A stretch of DNA of 60,500 nt from Ionaspis alba. Its lineage: Eukaryota. The notes below the pieces were generated by a model. It ran no database searches. It saw only the letters and a list, made by a program, of their open reading frames with translations, and was not told the origin of the DNA. The position numbers and the translations under genes are program-made. The stretch covers positions 1 through 60,500 of the forward strand of contig CAXUUL010000025.1 in NCBI GenBank assembly GCA_964255285.1, given 5' to 3'. Below are positions 25,400 to 36,649 of the stretch, piece after piece. Numbering within the stretch: the stretch's first letter is position 1; every line of letters starts with the position of its first letter.

Positions 25400-28313
25400 A
25401 TGACGCCCACTCCACCCTCAGCTACACCCACAAGTCCTTCAAGCCAGGACCATCATACAGGGTCTATGAACGATCAGTATCGAGTGGTTCGTAAGAGAAA
25501 TAGGGTCCCGTTGTCATGCGCGCCGTGTCGGAACAGAAAGTACGTTGTGCGACTTTCCTCGAATGTCAGCCTACCCAACGCCATTCTGATCGGTCATATC
25601 TAGCCTACAGACGCTGATGAAGCAAATTCTACAGATTGAAGTGCAATAGGTCTGTGCCATGCGAGAATTGCGTAAAGAGAGGGGATGCACCGTCCTGTTC
25701 CTATGCCGCCCCAGGGACTCGGAAGAAGTCGAGCTCGACCAACCACTCTTCGTCGACGGGTTCCGATGACATGCAAAATCGAATTGATCGGCTGGAGGGC
25801 TTGGTACTATCTTTGATGACAAATGGGGCACAATCCGCAGGACCTGCTGCTGCCGCTCGTGCGATTTCTATGAGTGGTAGTTCCAATTCGCAGGGATATT
25901 CGCCAGTCTTGGATACTCCCGACGAAGAGATGGTCAAGGATGAGATGGAGGACCCGGGAAGCGATACGGACAGAATCGCTAGGTCATTGGGGGTTCTTCA
26001 TGTCAACAACAACAATTCCACGTACGTTGGAGATGCACATTGGGCTGCCATACTACACGATGTAAGCGCAATCGTATATTTAATGACAACGATTTTCTGG
26101 ATATTGATTTGTTTTAGATCTCGGAAGTCCGTAATTACTTCTCAGAGCATAAGAAGCTATACGAGGACCAGGTCTTGAAAATAGAAACGGCCAAGAAAGA
26201 GAGTGGATCTTATCATACTGGTCCAGCTTTCTTGTTTGGAGGTAGGAATTTGCCACAACTTGGTGACTTGTTGGCTGCTCTGCCAGGAAGGGACGCGGTA
26301 GATAAGATGGTCAGCCGCTACTTCGATGACTATGATCCATCAATACGTCCGTGCATGGCCCCTCTGCTAAGAAGTAGTAGCTGATCAAGGCGATAGACAT
26401 ATTGCATCGACCTTCGTGGCGGAGAAAGTACGAGAATCACTGGGCTGATCCGTCAAATACCGATGCCGTATGGCTAGGACAGCTTTTTGCAATCCTGTGC
26501 CTGGCGATGCATTCCTACCATAGAGCCAATGAGGAGCCTTTCGAGTACAAGGGCAGGACCCTGGCTCTCGCAACAAACTACCGAATGCTAACGGCTCAAT
26601 GTCTATTATTGGCTGACTACACAAAGCCCGCCAACTACATGATTGAAACAATGATCCTACATATGCACGGAGAGTTTGCGAGAAGTAAAGATGCGGAGGT
26701 TGGTATCTGGGTCCTCGTTGATATGATTGTTCGGTTGGCTATGCGCGGAGGGTATGTTTTCTTAACAGATGTCGAAACTTCATGCTAATTCAACCCCTAG
26801 CTTCCATCGAGACCCCAAGAACTATCCTGGGATTACTCCATTTCAATGTGAGATGCGGCGCCGTGTCTGGACCTACGTTCGGCAAGCAGATCTCCTCTTC
26901 TCCTTCCAGATTGGCCTCCCGAGTATGATTCGACTTGGCGATTGTGATACCGAGCTTCCCAGTAATCTCTTTGACGATGACTTTGACGAAGATATGAAAG
27001 TCCTTCCTCCATCACGGCCACCCACAGTCGCCACCGAAGTGTCATACATAATCGGAAAATCTGACTTAGCTTTTACCTTTGGGAAGATTGTGGAATACTT
27101 ACACTGCATCCATCAGGCACCGTATGAAGAGGTTATGAAACTAGACCAGGAATTGCGAGAGGCTCGTGCCAATGTGCCACCACATCTCCGTCTGCATTCG
27201 CTCGAAGAAGCATTACTGGAACCAGGCAACATACTAATGATGCGCTTCAGTATAGCTATGCTGTACAACAAGAGCCAATGCGTCCTACACCGAAGATTTT
27301 TGTCTAAAGCACGCGAGAACACCCGCTATGCGCATTCTCGACGGACCTGTATGGATGCATCAATGGAACTCTTGCATCACCAGGCAACACTACATTTTGA
27401 ATCTCAGCCAGGGCGAAGACTTCATCAGTTGAAGTGGTACTTCAACTCCCTCACGAGCCACGATTTCCTGCTAGCAGCCACGCTCGTATGTCTCGATCTT
27501 TGGTACACAGAGGAAGTGGAAGCTTCCGGTCGATCTTCAGGTGATTACCAGATGTGGGGTACAGAGAGACGAGCAGAAATGGTTCAGATGATTGAAACCT
27601 CTCGGAACATCTGGATGGAGTACAAAGACCAGTCCATCGCCGCTTTCAAGGCTAGTGAGATTCTAGGCGTGATGTTGAAAAAGCTACAGGCTATGCACAC
27701 ACAGACAGCGACGCGAAATGCCCAAAACGCATACCAATTTGCCAACCCTGCAAATCCCAAATTCACTCCTCCAGAGGACGAGAAGCCCGAGCACTCTGCC
27801 GCTCTAACTCTGGGAATGCTAAGCACCGGCGGAATGTCGCCAAATACAGCTACCATGTTCAATGGTGGCTACAATTTAACACCCGGGAGCTCCGCGACGA
27901 TGGTAGATAATCAATCCACAGGCTTGACACCCAATTTCTCAATGGAACAAGCCCCAAACGGGATTGCCTCTGCTTCTAGCCCCTTCTCGTTTCTGACAGG
28001 ACCAAATAGCGGGACGGAAATGCCACCTGCAAACTTGGATTGGGTAAGTCTCACCTACAAACTTCTTGTTGCCTGTCGGGTTGTCCTAATCAAGATAAAC
28101 TAGGATGCCTGGGACTCTTACATCCAAAACACAAACCTTGAACCTGTCAATGACATGTGGCCTGCAAACATGGATCTGCCACTTGGAGGCGCATCAAGCC
28201 AAGATCAGCAGCAGCTGCAACAACAGCAGCAGCAACAGAATAACATGTTTCTGAACAACGGAGGAGTGTTTATGGGTGTTAATAATACGCCGCCGCCAAA
28301 TAATGGCATGTAG
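25400..28313 (+). CDS. Zn(II)2Cys6 transcription factor with fungal-specific TF domain
   Basis: RKRNRVPLSCAPCRNRK|LKCNRSVPCENCVKRGDAPSC; middle homology region HRDP..EMRRRVW..CDTELPSNLFDDD; five introns; C-terminal LDW|DAWDSY and Gln-rich tract. Confidence 0.93.
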
Positions 28314-28707
28314 CTTTGGGTGTTGCAGTCTCGACGACGGAACTTTAGTCTTGGACTAAGGAGTGGAATGCTTCTTTACTCGGTGGGGTTTGTTCCATAC
28401 CATTCTTTGATCGCATTTGGAAGGCAGGTAGGTGTAATTGATCTTGGCAATAACAATGGGATAGATGACATGATGAGGCGCAGTCTTAGCGGTGGACAAT
28501 ATGTACATCTCGACACGTTGGCGTTGCTTGGACTGGGACTTTGCTCTGGGAGGGTCTATCCACAATATTATTTTGTGATATTTCTCAGATAGGATCATTT
28601 TGCAAGACACGCTAGGATAACATCAAATCTTGTATCTAGTATAGTTCATATATGAGCATCTGTCTATCATACACCACCGGGTTGCCCTTATCATGCCACC
28701 ACATCTC

Positions 28708-30219
28708 TCAGAGCTTACTCATATCCTCCGTCTCTCCCACCACCGTCTTAAACGCTCCCTGAACCTCATCCGTCAAATCACTCGCCTGCAAACTCCTCCC
28801 CTTCTTCATAAACGCCAACCTCGAGCACTCCCTCGTAATCGCACTTCCCCCAAAAGCCACCAACATCAACAGCTCATCCTCCTTCAAGTCCCCCTCCACA
28901 TCCCACAACTTCTCCAGATACGCACCCCTCCACGCGAGTAACGTCCCCAAGCATCCCGTCAACGTATCACCCTGCCCGCCACTCCTCTTCCTGCCGCCCT
29001 CCAAATCACTAACCAGCACCTCCTTCCCATTCGAAATATAATCCACCTGCCCCTTCTGAATAACCAGCACACCCCCCAGCGCATTGGCAACAGCCTTGCA
29101 ATCCTTCCCCCTCTCCTCAACACTCAACCCCTCCTGCGATCCCTTCCCTCCACCCCCGAGCTCGACCCCTACCGCCTTCGCCAGCCTCGCAAACTCAACC
29201 ACGTTCGGCGTCAGCACGGCTTGCTTGTATCCCTTCACGAGCTCGGGATGGCTCTGCACGAGACCCAAGCCGTCGGCATCTAGCACGAAGGGCATATTCC
29301 GCTTCTTGGCCGCTCCGATGATATGTACGATAGTCTCATGCATCAGGGGGTCGCGACCAAGTCCCGGGCCGATGACAAGGACATGAAGACGTGGCAGAAG
29401 GTCGATTATGGGGTCGGCGACTTTTTCGGGGGAGTGGTCGGGAAGAGAAGTGTCGGGTGTTGTGGATCGCATGAGCGGGTGGACCATTAGGTTGGGAGAG
29501 TAGGTTTTGATGACCTGAAAAAAGGGGTCAGTAGGCGGTTTGAGAGCGGGAAGAAGTATGGGAGATTGGGAACATACGGCGGCAGCACCGGGCTCACAGA
29601 TGACGTGGCTCTGAAGCGGGCATTAGTTGTGGGAAGGCGTGCAGAGGGGAGGCGCTGGGCGGACCATATCTGCGCCTAGAGAGAAGAAAGGGTCAGTACG
29701 GATTCAAAAATCCAGAAGATAGAGGGCAGCAGAAAATAGGTACCTAATCGTGCAGAAGCCATGCCGGAGAAGTATGGAGCACCGGTATAACTGACCCGTC
29801 GTCAGGGCATGCTCATGATGATAGTGAGGGGCCGAGGAGTCTTAGGAGCCCGACCTACTCTTGACATCCCCCTATAACAGCTACCCTGCCCAGTTGCCNN
29901 NNNNNNNNNNNNNNNNNNNNNNNNNNNNNNNNNNNNNNNNNNNNNNNNNNNNNNNNNNNNNNNNNNNNNNNNNNNNNNNNNNNNNNNNNNNNNNNNNNAG
30001 GAGCCCGACCTACTCTTGACATCCCCCTATAACAGCTACCCTGCCCAGTTGCCCTAGGAGAAAGTAAGCATAATGTTCCCGACGGTTATGAGTAGGGGAA
30101 TAGGAAGAGGGAAGACTGGATATACCTTTATGGAAACTCTCCAGCATTGGAGGTACCATTTTACGGACTTTGGAAAGGACATCTTTGCTAGCTTTGGAGA
30201 TCATTGGGGGGTTAGACAT
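28708..30219 (-). CDS. NNR2: ATP-dependent (S)-NAD(P)H-hydrate dehydratase (YjeF-C/CARKD family)
   Basis: [43 protein letters not shown]..|..[36 protein letters not shown]. Six exons, one of 11 nt. Ends in SKL. Confidence 0.92.
29899..29998. other. Assembly gap flanked by a 55-nt exact duplication
   Basis: 29844-29898 is identical to 29999-30053. Confidence 0.95.
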
Positions 30220-30585
30220 ATTTTTGGAATGCAAATTGTGAGGGATGAGAGCTGTTTGAGTACTCGCGCAGTGAGAATCGGGTGGACAAGGACGGTCATT
30301 GTGATGTCATGCTCGAGAGGGCTACGCTTGACAGTGAAGGTCTTCAATTATCTGCCGTCCATGGCCAGCAGCGATATTGCATGAAATCACTCCTAAAGCA
30401 TGAATACATTTATTCAAACCTTTTGATACAGCCAGCACTGTCGTTGGTATCTTGAGATAAATATTTGCAAATCCATGAGACTCCATTTTCCGCAAATTCC
30501 TTTTGTCCTCCAACACCCGCTGTACAAATATCCCAGCAACCTATGCATAGACTCGATCAGGACAACGCCTCCCATGCCAATGCTA

Positions 30586-33412
30586 TTATCTCCGTTTCAC
30601 ACCCACATCAATGTTGACCAACGGGGTTGGATTCGCTGTTTTGAGCCATTCTCCATTGAAAGCATTGATGATCCAATTATTCAAGCCTGAGTACCAAATC
30701 AGTAAGCTGGACTTCGAGAGCAGACATCCGACTTACGGCCATAAACCATGCGGTTCGCATTATGAAAGTAGATGCTATGATCAGAGTCCGGGAAGGCGTG
30801 GAAGTCGTAGTTCGACACACCCTCGAGATCGAGTTTGTCCAGCAAAGTGAGCGAGCTTTGCATATGAACGTTGTCATCCGCCACGCCGTGCATCATGAGG
30901 AAGCGGACGTTGCTTTGGAGAGCAGTCATGTTGGTGATAGTAGCATTTTGGAAGCCACTAGGATTGTGTTGAGGTGTGTGCATGTAACGCTCCGTATAGA
31001 CGGAGTCTGTCAATAAATCAGCGTCTTTGAATTCGAGTGTAGGGCATGGGTAGACTGCGTACCGTAGAATCTCCAGTCTGTGACGGGAGCGACCGCCATG
31101 CCGTACTGGAACGTCCGTCCAGCATCCTGCTCCAATGTCTTCAAAGTCATGAAGCCACCATAACTCCATCCCCAAATGGCAATCCTGCTAGCATCTACAT
31201 ACTTCTTCTTGGCCCAAATCTTCGCAGTCTCGATCTGATCCCTAGATTCGAAGTGCCCAATGTTGCCCCTGATAGCACACCTCGCTTTCCGTCCAATGAA
31301 TCCTGTTCCACGTCCATCCACGGTTACAACAAGGTAGCCAAGATTCGCTGCCATGTACGCTTGGAAGTCAACCGTGAATTTCTTGTTCACGGTCTGCGAG
31401 GCCGGTCCATTGTACAGGTGAAAGATGACAGGGTACTTTTTCTTTTCGTCGAAATGTGGTGGCCGTCTCTCAACAACCTGCAGCTCAAAGCCGTCGATCT
31501 CGACCGTAGAGTAAATCTCAATTGGCAGCTCGTGAGCAGCGGCAAACTTGGCCAAAGATTTATTTTCTTCCATAACTAGCTCGAACTTACCAGGATGGCT
31601 AGGAGTGCTAACGACCTTCTGATTGGGAATATCGGGACCCTTGTAGGAGAGCAGAGCATATCCGGCACCTGTGGAGAACGAGACTTCGTAGTATCCTTCT
31701 TTGTTGGTGTCGGTCACGGATCGGAGATTCTTTCCGTCTAGATTGACGCAGTAAACATGACGCTGTATAGGTGATTCCTTAGTAGCCACGAAATAGACCA
31801 GGTTCTTCTTGAGATCAACGGCAGAAGGGGCTTTGACCACCTCCCACTTTCCAGTTGTCAGCATGAGAGGTTCAGGGTTGTCGAGGGGCGAGAAATACGC
31901 TAGATGATCGTAGCCATCGTGTATGACGGTGTCAATGTAACCATCGTGTGGACGGCCGTTGGAGGGATCGCTAGGTATGTATTTTGTATATTCAGAAACC
32001 TCGAACCAGCCACCGTCGAGCTTCTGGACGTCAACTGACCGGACGGTCTGCCCACTCCGTCGACGGACATCAATTAGGACAACTTTGAGAGTATCACTCT
32101 CACGATTTGTCTCCCTGACGAGGACTTTTCCATCCTTCCCTGCCCAAACCACTTCAGTAATAAGACGATTGTCATCGGCGTAATCGTTCTCGATGTTGAC
32201 GTTGAACACTTCTCCCTTGGCTACATCATAGAAACGCAGATCGACCACTGGGTTCGGTGCGCCAGCCTTTGGATACTTGATCTCTCGTACTTCCGGGTAG
32301 TTTTCCTGACCAGGTTCTGGCCGTTTTCCACTTGGGCGAGAGACGAAATATTGAATAGGATATTCCGGAACGCTTGTTTCATTGGTCCGCAAGAACGCAA
32401 CATAATCACCTCTCTCGGAGAACCAGGTAGCCCTGTTGTTCTGGAATACTTCTTCCTCGTAGACCCAATCAGGAACTCCATTGAAGACCTCTGATCCTCC
32501 GTCTTTGGTGATTGGTATGACAGTCTTCGAGTCGAGCTTCCGAAGAAACAAGTTGTTATCTCTTGTGAAAACGATTGAGTCGGAAGTTGGAGACCACGTA
32601 GCTAATTGAATCCTTCCATTCGGCTTTGCGGGATCAAGTGCTTGTGCCGACTGTGTCGCAACGTCGAAGATCCAATATTTCCCTGTACTCGAGTGCCGCC
32701 AATTCCGCTGTCTTTCGGACTGGATGAGAACTTTCTTCAAGTCCTCACTCGGCCATACTTGATTTGGATATACCTGTACCCCGTCGACTTGGAATCCTCC
32801 GTCTTTCATAAGCGTGAGTCGGTCGAAAGAACTAACACCATCCTTCCGTGATCTCACATCCTCAACCACCAGGTAATCCCTTCCGTTTCCTCCTGCGCGC
32901 TCCATTATAAGTCCATCCTCTCCTGTCGCACCTTTGATCCACGATAATTTCTTCGATCTTGCTGCCCATTGCCCTCCCAGCACTTGGTCGAGCGTGACGG
33001 TTCTGCCGGATCCTCGAGATGTCGTTGCAATAGGGTCGTGTGGTCTGGTAGATGAATGTTGATAGGTGCCCGTGCTTAGAAACAGGAAAAGAGCCAGAAA
33101 CCATCCTCCCAAACACAAGCCACACAGAGTCCAGAGCACAAGCTTCACTTTCGTACTTGGCAGCTGCTCCTGCCCACTTTTGTACTTGTTATCTTCCTCA
33201 TCGTACTGTCCCTCCTTGTCCCGGATCAGAGGTGTCCGTGGATTGGTCTTTGGGTGTCCATTTCCGTCTGCTTCCGCCGAGCCGTTCAGATGCTCGAGTA
33301 CCACGGACGTTGAACTAGCGACGGAATCGATCGAGTGCCGTGACTGGCTTGTATCTGGTGAGTCTTGGAACGGTTTTACCTCGACCTCGTCCAAATACCG
33401 ATGATCGGGCAT
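30586..33412 (-). CDS. DAP2: Dipeptidyl aminopeptidase B (S9B, type II membrane)
   Basis: N-terminal transmembrane anchor, DWVYEEE, YPKAG, GWSYGG nucleophile motif, [13 protein letters not shown]; introns 31008-31062 and ~30687-30735. Confidence 0.95.
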
Positions 33413-34110
33413 TGTAGTCAACGTGTCTTGAAAGAGTGAAGAATTGCAGAACAGAAAACTATTCTATGTATGTAAAGAGTGTAAAGAATGAAGAAAGCAT
33501 GGATTTAAAGTCATCATCCAAAGTCCCCAAGCTTGTTGATCGCCAACATGTTGTCCTGTTGGTAGTTGTGAGCTTCCTCAGCAAACTGTAGCTGCGCCGT
33601 CGATGGGCTTAGATGTCCCATCCCAAAATGGACTAGTGAGCAACATCCGAGGGCAAAATCCTTTGTCTTCGAGTCTCCTAAACATTTCTTATTGAGGCTT
33701 CATTGCGGTATTGATGTTCATGATCGATTCTTATTCGACCTAAGAGGCTGCAACCAATGAAACGGAGTGGCTACGAGGGACCTACCACGTTTTCAAGTGG
33801 AAAGAAATTTATGGCACGTTGTGGATTGGTGCTGAGTGCCCAAACATATGAGCAACACACAATACACGGCACGACCACGGAGCTTTCGTAGTTGTTGCAT
33901 TAGTTATGAAATCTAGTAATCTCGAAGTTTTTTAAGTCATTCTGATGGTTCACATCTATCCTCTATATCCAGACGGATGTTTCATTAATCGACCATGATC
34001 TATGCCAGTCTTTTTCGTCATTCGAATTCACACCTCTCAGCTCAAGCCGCAAAAAATATTTCCCACCCTGGTACCTAACTTTTATGAGCAAAAGCTCGGG
34101 TATAGAACAA

Positions 34111-34782
34111 TCACAAAGTGCTAATACCAGTTAGCACAGGAGGTTCATGGAAGAAGACAATTACCGACCCTAAGTAGTCCTCCTTGACACTACCAATAGC
34201 AAACATACTCCCAACATCACTCCTCGTACCAATGAGCTTGATTCGTAAATGCGTTCCTTTCTCAATAACTTGGTCACCGTTGTCAGTGTATTGCGGTGGC
34301 GTAGCATTTGGATCCCATTTAATATCAGACGGAATAAGCTTCAGACCTCATCAGTATTGTGGCTCATGGTAAACGATACTCGGATTACATACATGGTTTG
34401 AGACGAAAACAGGGAGAGGGCCGACGTCTGCAAATACTCCCATCCTGTTCACGGAGCTCACTATGGCATCGACCTATATGGCAAGTCCTTCAGCATATAA
34501 GAGGCACTGGAATGCTTCGAAAGATAGACAAACCGTTTCACCCTTGAAAGGTCTCCATACGACCGCCCGATAGTGTACCGTATATTCTGCAAGCGCGCTT
34601 CCTGGCATCACCTTGCCTTCTGAGATATCAAATGCGTCCATCACGCATATAATGTAGTATTGTCCAGTACAGGTACCCTCAACGTCCTCCAACAATTTGT
34701 TTGTTAGGCGCTCTTTGATGTGAGCCCCAAAGAATGATGGATGGAGCGTGATGACGCGTTCAAGTTCATAAAGAAAAAACAT
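34111..34782 (-). CDS. RPB7: RNA polymerase II subunit Rpb7
   Basis: MFFLYELERVITLHPSFFG..VEGTCTG..WRPFKGET|VDAIV..GPLPVFVSNH|LIPSDIKWDPNATPP..AIGSVKEDYLG|TL*. Confidence 0.97.
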
Positions 34783-34876
34783 TGTGTCGAAGGAGTGTAG
34801 AAGAAGAATTTCAACGGTCGTCCAACGGTTCCACCCGAACTATCGAATTATCACGGTCTCAGAACGAAAAGCAAGA

Positions 34877-35336
34877 CGATGTGACAAGCGCCGTCACCTC
34901 GAGACTGTTCCGAGTGCTCCTCAAGGTGAATTTCTTTTCTCTAGGCGTCCAAGATGTTCGGGAGGCTGCGAGCCTTGCCAGTCCTCGCAACAGCAACGAG
35001 TCCAACACTAGCAGCAGGGTCGCACTGGCAAAGGCAAAGTTCGAAAGAGAGAGTGAAAGCTTCGATCGAAGACCTTCACATCAGCAAAGTCCAAACGCAG
35101 TGAAGCGCTAGACAACGTACTGCAACGAACTTCACCAGGTCGAAGGAGTGGCAGCGGCGCAAAGAGTGTACCGGGGCTGCAAGGTCTCGGAGACCTATCG
35201 AAGAGCCTGCGCAGCGTTCCCCAGCACTCGAAGACCGTTAGACCACGTAAGGAGTGAGGTGGCGAGTTGACAACAGGTGTGTTTTGGGAGAGAGGTCTGG
35301 TCGTCGGTGCAACTGCGCGCAGGTGCTTGTGCCTAA
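34877..35336 (-). ncRNA. Candidate large structured RNA, box H/ACA-like architecture
   Basis: At least six hand-identified stems whose G-U pairs work only on the minus strand; AGAGAA (ANANNA) at 34942-34937, followed by a 10-bp hairpin and ACA at 34882-34880. Confidence 0.5.
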
Positions 35337-35528
35337 AAGTTCGCAAGGCTGAGATGTGCGATGAGGGATGTGGTAGCACATGTCATTTTCTGCGGAGCCT
35401 TTCGTAGGACAATGCGACCTTCACTCCGCTGGAAGTCACATCTAGCTGACCACCGAGTACCATGATTCTGAGATTTTGAGTATTTTGTCCTTGTATTGCT
35501 CAACTATCTCACAGAGGAGTGCTCAATT

Positions 35529-36235
35529 ATGGCACTGAACCTCGAGAAGCAGCTGCTGTTTGTAAGTTCATGCTCCGCAGCTCCGCTTGAGCTCTAGCTG
35601 ACACGGCTCTCCAGTATGGCTCCTACCATCACAATCCGGTAGGCCATGGTCAACGTCCTCCATTATCGTACAGAAGCTCATAGAGAATTTACCAGGTGAA
35701 CATAGCTATTCACGTAACCTGTGTCCCACTCCTACTCGCAACGGGAATTCTATTCGGCACCAATAGTCCAGCTCTAATACCACTCCCCTCATGGCTCACA
35801 ATTCCTAACCTTCCTCCAAACATCGGCACCATAGCCGCCATCGTCTATGGCACCCTGTACATACTCATGGAGCCCGTAGCCGGGGGATTTCTCGCCCCTC
35901 TCCTCCTTGCGTGGACAGCCTACGCGAAGCACCTCACAAGCACCTACGGGGCAACAGCAAACTACTGGGCCATAGGTGTGCACGTCGCCTCCTGGGTGGC
36001 TCAATTCATCGGGCACGGAGCTTTTGAGGGCCGAGCACCTGCCTTGCTGGATAATCTTACACAAGCTTTCTTTCTGGCGCCGTTCTTCGTGTGGATGGAG
36101 ATCCTGTTTTTCTTCGGTTACAGGCCGGGATTGAAGGGACGGCTTGACAAGGCTATTGAGAAGGAGATCGAGAAATATCAAAAGGGGAAGGAGCAGGGTA
36201 ATGGAACCGTTGCTAATGGGAAGATGAAGGGCTGA
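35529..36235 (+). CDS. MPO1: Mpo1/DUF962 family ER membrane dioxygenase
   Basis: MALNLEKQLLF|YGSYHHNP|VNIAIHVTCVP..SWVAQFIGHGAFEGRAPALLDNL; lysine-rich C-terminus. Confidence 0.85.
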
Positions 36236-36649
36236 AGGAAGCTGTGTGAGAATGAGCTTGTTCTCTGGGCTCTATACCCGAGCCGCTATGCAAATTGTTG
36301 AGAAGGAGGTGGGAGGCGGCTTCCGTGGGATTTTTACATACTGGACTTAAGAAATCGTGAGGATGGTCTCGTTGATCACAATTAATGTATAGCATCATCC
36401 CCGTGTATTTTGAACACTCGTACAGAGCACACAGACCAGCTGCTGTCGTTACGAGATTGTGAGAGCCTGTTCAAAAATCATTTTTATACCTCTTGCCGTG
36501 CTGTCAACATGACATTCTGAATCTTTTTGAGACCATGAGCCTGCTACCTCATCAAGATCTGCTAAGGGCATATCCTCAATACTATCATTGACTCTTCAGT
36601 CTGCAGACTGACTTACACGAAGAATGCTGCGGAGCACGTCGAATCCGAC

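Noticed and set aside
29844..30053. Real tandem exon duplication in NNR2
   Set aside because: An exact 55-nt identity abutting an N-gap indicates an assembly overlap.
34782..35379. Short ORFs on both strands between RPB7 and MPO1
   Set aside because: Non-ATG starts and no recognisable motifs; the region is better explained by RNA structure.
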